A stretch of 64,000 nucleotides of DNA from Candidatus Omnitrophota bacterium (GTDB lineage: Bacteria; Omnitrophota; Omnitrophia; Omnitrophales; Aquincolibacteriaceae), in the NCBI GenBank assembly GCA_903856085.1, contig CAIOAT010000042.1, positions 4,947 to 68,946 on the forward strand, given 5' to 3'. Below the pieces are notes generated by a model. The model was given only the letters and a program-made list of their open reading frames with translations. It was not told the DNA's origin and searched no databases. The translations under genes were made by a program, and so were the position numbers. Below, piece by piece: positions 60,628 to 64,000 of the stretch. Within the stretch, counting starts at the first letter, position 1. Each line of letters begins with the position of its first letter.

Positions 60628-61494
60628 CTACGCGGGCTTATTAATCTTGGCCTTCAGAATCGCGCTGGTCTGATCCAGAACGTCCATGATATTGATCGGC
60701 ACAGCAAGCACCACCGTATTCGAAGCCGTGGGCCCAAGACCGTCTATGGTTTGAAGGGTCCTGAGCTGCATAGCCCCAGGGCTTTCCGCCATGATCTTAG
60801 CTGCCAGAGCAAGATTCGCCGAGGCATCCCGATCGCCTTCCGCTTTGGTGATCGTCGCACGTTTTTCCCGTTCGGCCGAGGCCTGACGCGACATCATTTT
60901 CTTGAGATCTTCCGGCATGTCGATATCCTGGATCCGGATGCCGGTCACTTCAAGGCCCCAAGCTTCCGTGTCTTTTTCCACATTCGCCTCGATCTTCTTA
61001 CCGATCTCCTCGCGCTCGGTGAGAAGCTGGTCAAGCGTCATCTGCCCGATCACATCACGAAGCGAGGTCTGGGAATACTGCGAGATCGCATAACGGAAAT
61101 CCTGCACTTTAATGATCGCATTCGCGGGATCATCGACTTTAAAAAAGATGACCCCATTGATCTTCACAGGTACGTTATCTCGGGTAATAACCTGCTGGGA
61201 AGGAATGTCCATGGTAAGGACGCGCATATCGATCTTCCTCACTTCTTCAATGACCGGAATGATGAAAAACAACCCCGGACCCGCAATCCGGCTGAATTTC
61301 CCGAGCTGGAACACCACGCCTTTTTCCCATTGCGCGGCTATCTGAACTCCGGAAGCAATGACCATGGAGGCAAAGAACCAGACCATGCCCAAAAATCCCC
61401 CGAGAGCCTGATTCGCCATAAAAATAGGTGCGCCTACAAAAAAACCCGCAATGAGAAGAGCAAAGAAAATGAGCCCTGAGATTGGATTATTCAT
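60628..61494 (-). CDS. SPFH/stomatin-like (slipin) membrane protein
   Basis: Two TM segments, GPGLFFIIP, ITRDNV, QTSLRDVIG, AEREKRA; start at ATG 61494 with GGGAGG RBS. Confidence 0.92.
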   Translation of the reverse strand: MNNPISGLIFFALLIAGFFVGAPIFMANQALGGFLGMVWFFASMVIASGVQIAAQWEKGVVFQLGKFSRIAGPGLFFIIPVIEEVRKIDMRVLTMDIPSQQVITRDNVPVKINGVIFFKVDDPANAIIKVQDFRYAISQYSQTSLRDVIGQMTLDQLLTEREEIGKKIEANVEKDTEAWGLEVTGIRIQDIDMPEDLKKMMSRQASAEREKRATITKAEGDRDASANLALAAKIMAESPGAMQLRTLQTIDGLGPTASNTVVLAVPINIMDVLDQTSAILKAKINKPA

Positions 61495-61629
61495 GGGAGA
61501 CCTCCCTGTTGGGGTTGCAAAGACTTTGCCACTCGCTGGACGGGGCAATTCGCTATTATTTTTCAGAGATTCAACGATATCGAGCAGACCAGGATCGTTT
61601 TCCATACAACACAGCTCCCCGTGGTTTTT

Positions 61630-61660
61630 AAAAAACCTCGGGGCGATTCTAACCCCAGAG
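61630..61660 (-). terminator. probable intrinsic terminator after the large protein gene
   Basis: Minus strand CTCTGGGG-N9-CCCCGAGG followed by TTTTTT. Confidence 0.55.
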
Positions 61661-61665
61661 TGGGA

Positions 61666-64000
61666 TTATTGCAAGCCACCGATCTGGACGCGAAGATCAC
61701 CGACCTCGTCCCCCGCAGTCACCGAAGAAGGATCCACCGTGAAAGAGATCTTTTGGATATGTTTAAGATCGACCTTCTTTGCCGCAAGCGAGGTCAGGAA
61801 CTTGTAATAATTTTTGGAAACATCCACATTATCAACCTTGAACGCGGCACGTTTCCCTTTCGTGTCCTCGATCTCAAAAATAACGCTTTTAGCCTTGTCT
61901 GAGTCGATTTCAAAAACAATTTTTTCTTTTTTGGAAAGATCAATGCTCTTCCCCTTTGTGTTCGGATCGAATTGAAAGACAAGCCGCGCATACGCATTCG
62001 CAGTCGCGACATCAAAATGAAGCCCGAACACATTCTTCGCGAACCGCCTCATACGACTATTCGCCGAAGAGCCCACCACTTGCGCCACCCCGTTCCCGGG
62101 AAGTATTGTCACAGCCGATGTCATCCCGGTGCTCATGGGAACCAGGTCCTGAATCGTTGACGAAAGAGTAGTTAACTGCGGAGTCAGCACTAGGGCTGCC
62201 GTCACAGGCGGACTACTTGCATCCACTGAACTTTGTGCTTCCAATACCGGAAAATTTTCCGATCCGCTGCTGGATCCCGTAGTTTGTTCTGTCTCGGATT
62301 GACCGCTCAGGCTCGCTGCTAAAGTGGAACTTCCCGACGTTTCACTGCTCCCTACCGATAAGACAGCCGTGGTCATAGCAGGCGCTACGGCAAGTTTTGT
62401 GGCAACCATGCCAGCGGCCGCTACTAAAGGGCTTGGGGACGACACAAAATGCTGGAACGTGAGAGAGTGGATCGTAAAATCAAAGCTCTTATCTCCCGTC
62501 GCGTTCTGATCAACGATGATGTGAACTTCTTTGACCGCATTGAGAATAGCCGCGTTCTTCAAATTGATGACCAAACGGCCAACACGCACGCCATTGGCCA
62601 ACGTTTGCGTCACAGCATCCAGAAGCGCGCCACTCGCATCCTTGAATTCGATCCTGATCGCTTGCGGAGTATCCACAGTCGTGTAATAAATGACCAACTG
62701 GTTCGCCTGAGCATTATACGCATCTTTTAACTTCCAATAGTGTCCGCCCCATCCTCCGGCTAACGCAACGCTGCTCTTGAACTGGACACCGTAAACACCG
62801 GTGGTGCCGCCATTGGGATAGATACCGGGGAACGAACCGTCAGTGCCTTCGCTTTCAACATGACTGAAAACCGCGAGTGAACGATCCGGGACCTCGGGAG
62901 CGTTCGAAAATCCTGCCGTCGTTTTTGTGATTTCCACAAGTCTCTTGCTTGCGGCATCGTACAAAAGATTGTACGCAGACTCAAGAGTGTACTTTCTGAG
63001 ATAAGCTTGAAAATCAACGGCGCCTTGCCCTCCAAGCCCAAGAATGGCCGAAGCGACATCGATCCCAATATATTCCCGGGCCATTTCGCTGGCGGAACGG
63101 GCCGAATCAAAAAATCCGTAAGTGCCATTGAGACCTGGGACGTAGTTATAAGCATCCAGCCAACCGAGCACCGCATTGCGATCAATAGGCAATGCCGATG
63201 CCAAGGCGTAAGTCGAACCCACGTTCATCACCACCGTGTCGTAATAGTTCGCAAGATGCGAAGGATTGAGCATTTGCTCCGCGAGACTCGGGACACCGGT
63301 CGCTCCGGAATAGCCTCCTTCGGGAAGTGCACTGGCGGAGGGAATACCCGGCAGATTGTTCTGCGCCGCCCAGTCCAGTTGACTGACAAGCTGATTGTAG
63401 AGCATGTTCCGGAATCCGATAAAAGACATCTCGTCGTTTCGGAGCATCGGCCAGAAACTCTGAAACGCGGCCCCATCCCAGGACATGACGTTCTCGATCA
63501 CAGTGCCATTCCGGTCCGTATAATTCGCAGTTTTGATCTCGAGATTGTCCCAAACTGTTCTTGAGATTCCAGGATAACGCACCTGGATAAAAGCCACTGC
63601 ACCACGAACTTCAGAATTCAGCCGATCCACATAAGAAGAGAATTGAGCTGCATCCCGGTCGTAGCTCATGTGAAACACTCCATAAAGGGGGTCCACAAAC
63701 GCCTGATAGCCGGACGTCTGAGCCGTCAAAAATTGCTCTGCCTTCACGAGGATTGGATCGGTCGCACTAATCCCCGCACTCAATAACGCCCCTTCCATCA
63801 CGGCAATGCTCTGCGCCATGTTCGCATTATCAAGTAAGCCGAAGGACACATGACCGCTTGGGTAATCGAGAATAGGAGTTCCGGTATCAAGGTTCATCCA
63901 CGGGATAAGCCCGTTCCAGTTCGTTGCGTTATTCGTCTGCAAGTTCCGAAGACTCGTCAGAACCGCATTGATCTCCGCGAGTGCCTCAGTCGTGCTCATA
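61666..64000 (-). CDS. 3' part of a very large multidomain protein: glucoamylase-like (beta-1,2-glucan-active family) domain, S/T/A linker and CBM-like beta-sandwich domains
   Basis: Frame open to the window edge; SWDGAAFQSFWP and GTYGFFDS resemble the SWxGxxFEyLxP and G.YGF.D motifs; C-terminal F..EIEDTKG beta-sandwich pattern. Confidence 0.7.
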   Translation of the reverse strand, partial: MSTTEALAEINAVLTSLRNLQTNNATNWNGLIPWMNLDTGTPILDYPSGHVSFGLLDNANMAQSIAVMEGALLSAGISATDPILVKAEQFLTAQTSGYQAFVDPLYGVFHMSYDRDAAQFSSYVDRLNSEVRGAVAFIQVRYPGISRTVWDNLEIKTANYTDRNGTVIENVMSWDGAAFQSFWPMLRNDEMSFIGFRNMLYNQLVSQLDWAAQNNLPGIPSASALPEGGYSGATGVPSLAEQMLNPSHLANYYDTVVMNVGSTYALASALPIDRNAVLGWLDAYNYVPGLNGTYGFFDSARSASEMAREYIGIDVASAILGLGGQGAVDFQAYLRKYTLESAYNLLYDAASKRLVEITKTTAGFSNAPEVPDRSLAVFSHVESEGTDGSFPGIYPNGGTTGVYGVQFKSSVALAGGWGGHYWKLKDAYNAQANQLVIYYTTVDTPQAIRIEFKDASGALLDAVTQTLANGVRVGRLVINLKNAAILNAVKEVHIIVDQNATGDKSFDFTIHSLTFQHFVSSPSPLVAAAGMVATKLAVAPAMTTAVLSVGSSETSGSSTLAASLSGQSETEQTTGSSSGSENFPVLEAQSSVDASSPPVTAALVLTPQLTTLSSTIQDLVPMSTGMTSAVTILPGNGVAQVVGSSANSRMRRFAKNVFGLHFDVATANAYARLVFQFDPNTKGKSIDLSKKEKIVFEIDSDKAKSVIFEIEDTKGKRAAFKVDNVDVSKNYYKFLTSLAAKKVDLKHIQKISFTVDPSSVTAGDEVGDLRVQIGGLQ

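Overview
Core chromosomal region of a Gram-negative-type bacterium. The gene content (stand-alone SWIB protein, paired CNNM/CBS proteins, TIGR04073-like proteins, a very large carbohydrate-domain ORF) suggests the PVC superphylum, possibly Ca. Omnitrophota; this is inference only. Every credible gene lies on the minus strand. In transcription order (high to low coordinate): the 3' part of a very large glucoamylase/beta-1,2-glucan-like multidomain protein; an SPFH protein; ribBA-ribH-nusB-ribD-ribE running into rsbW-like/rsbV-like/mlaE/mlaF/mlaD; DUF4870, a coiled-coil protein, DUF151 and trxB; rplU-rpmA-obgE-proB-proA-nadD plus two CNNM genes; a three-gene ParA-CBM48 unit and a zinc-ribbon gene; a shortened dcw cluster (mraZ-STAS-rsmH-ftsL-ftsI); tRNA-Pro(CGG); ligA and xerD with neighbouring genes; tRNA-Glu followed by purB-C-S-Q-L-F-M-D-E; a tsaC-LMW phosphatase fusion, rpiB, glyA, nrdR; SWIB; aroA; mreBCD-mrdA-rodA; tRNA-Pro(TGG); maf, a CE4-like protein, prmA and partial lpdA. 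I found no mobile element, prophage or CRISPR array. The best candidate for an undescribed system is the translationally coupled trio at 38557-41002: a ParA ATPase fused to a glycogen-binding CBM48, a P-loop-dead FlhG/MinD paralog carrying a ParB-like LxRGL peptide, and a hypothetical protein. Other highlights are homologous structured leaders in front of both tRNA-Pro genes, an orphan multi-stem RNA candidate, a partner-switching pair in the Mla operon, a non-phosphorylatable STAS gene in the dcw cluster, and an Obg with a degenerate G3 motif. Single-base frameshifts in ftsI and mlaF may be assembly errors.
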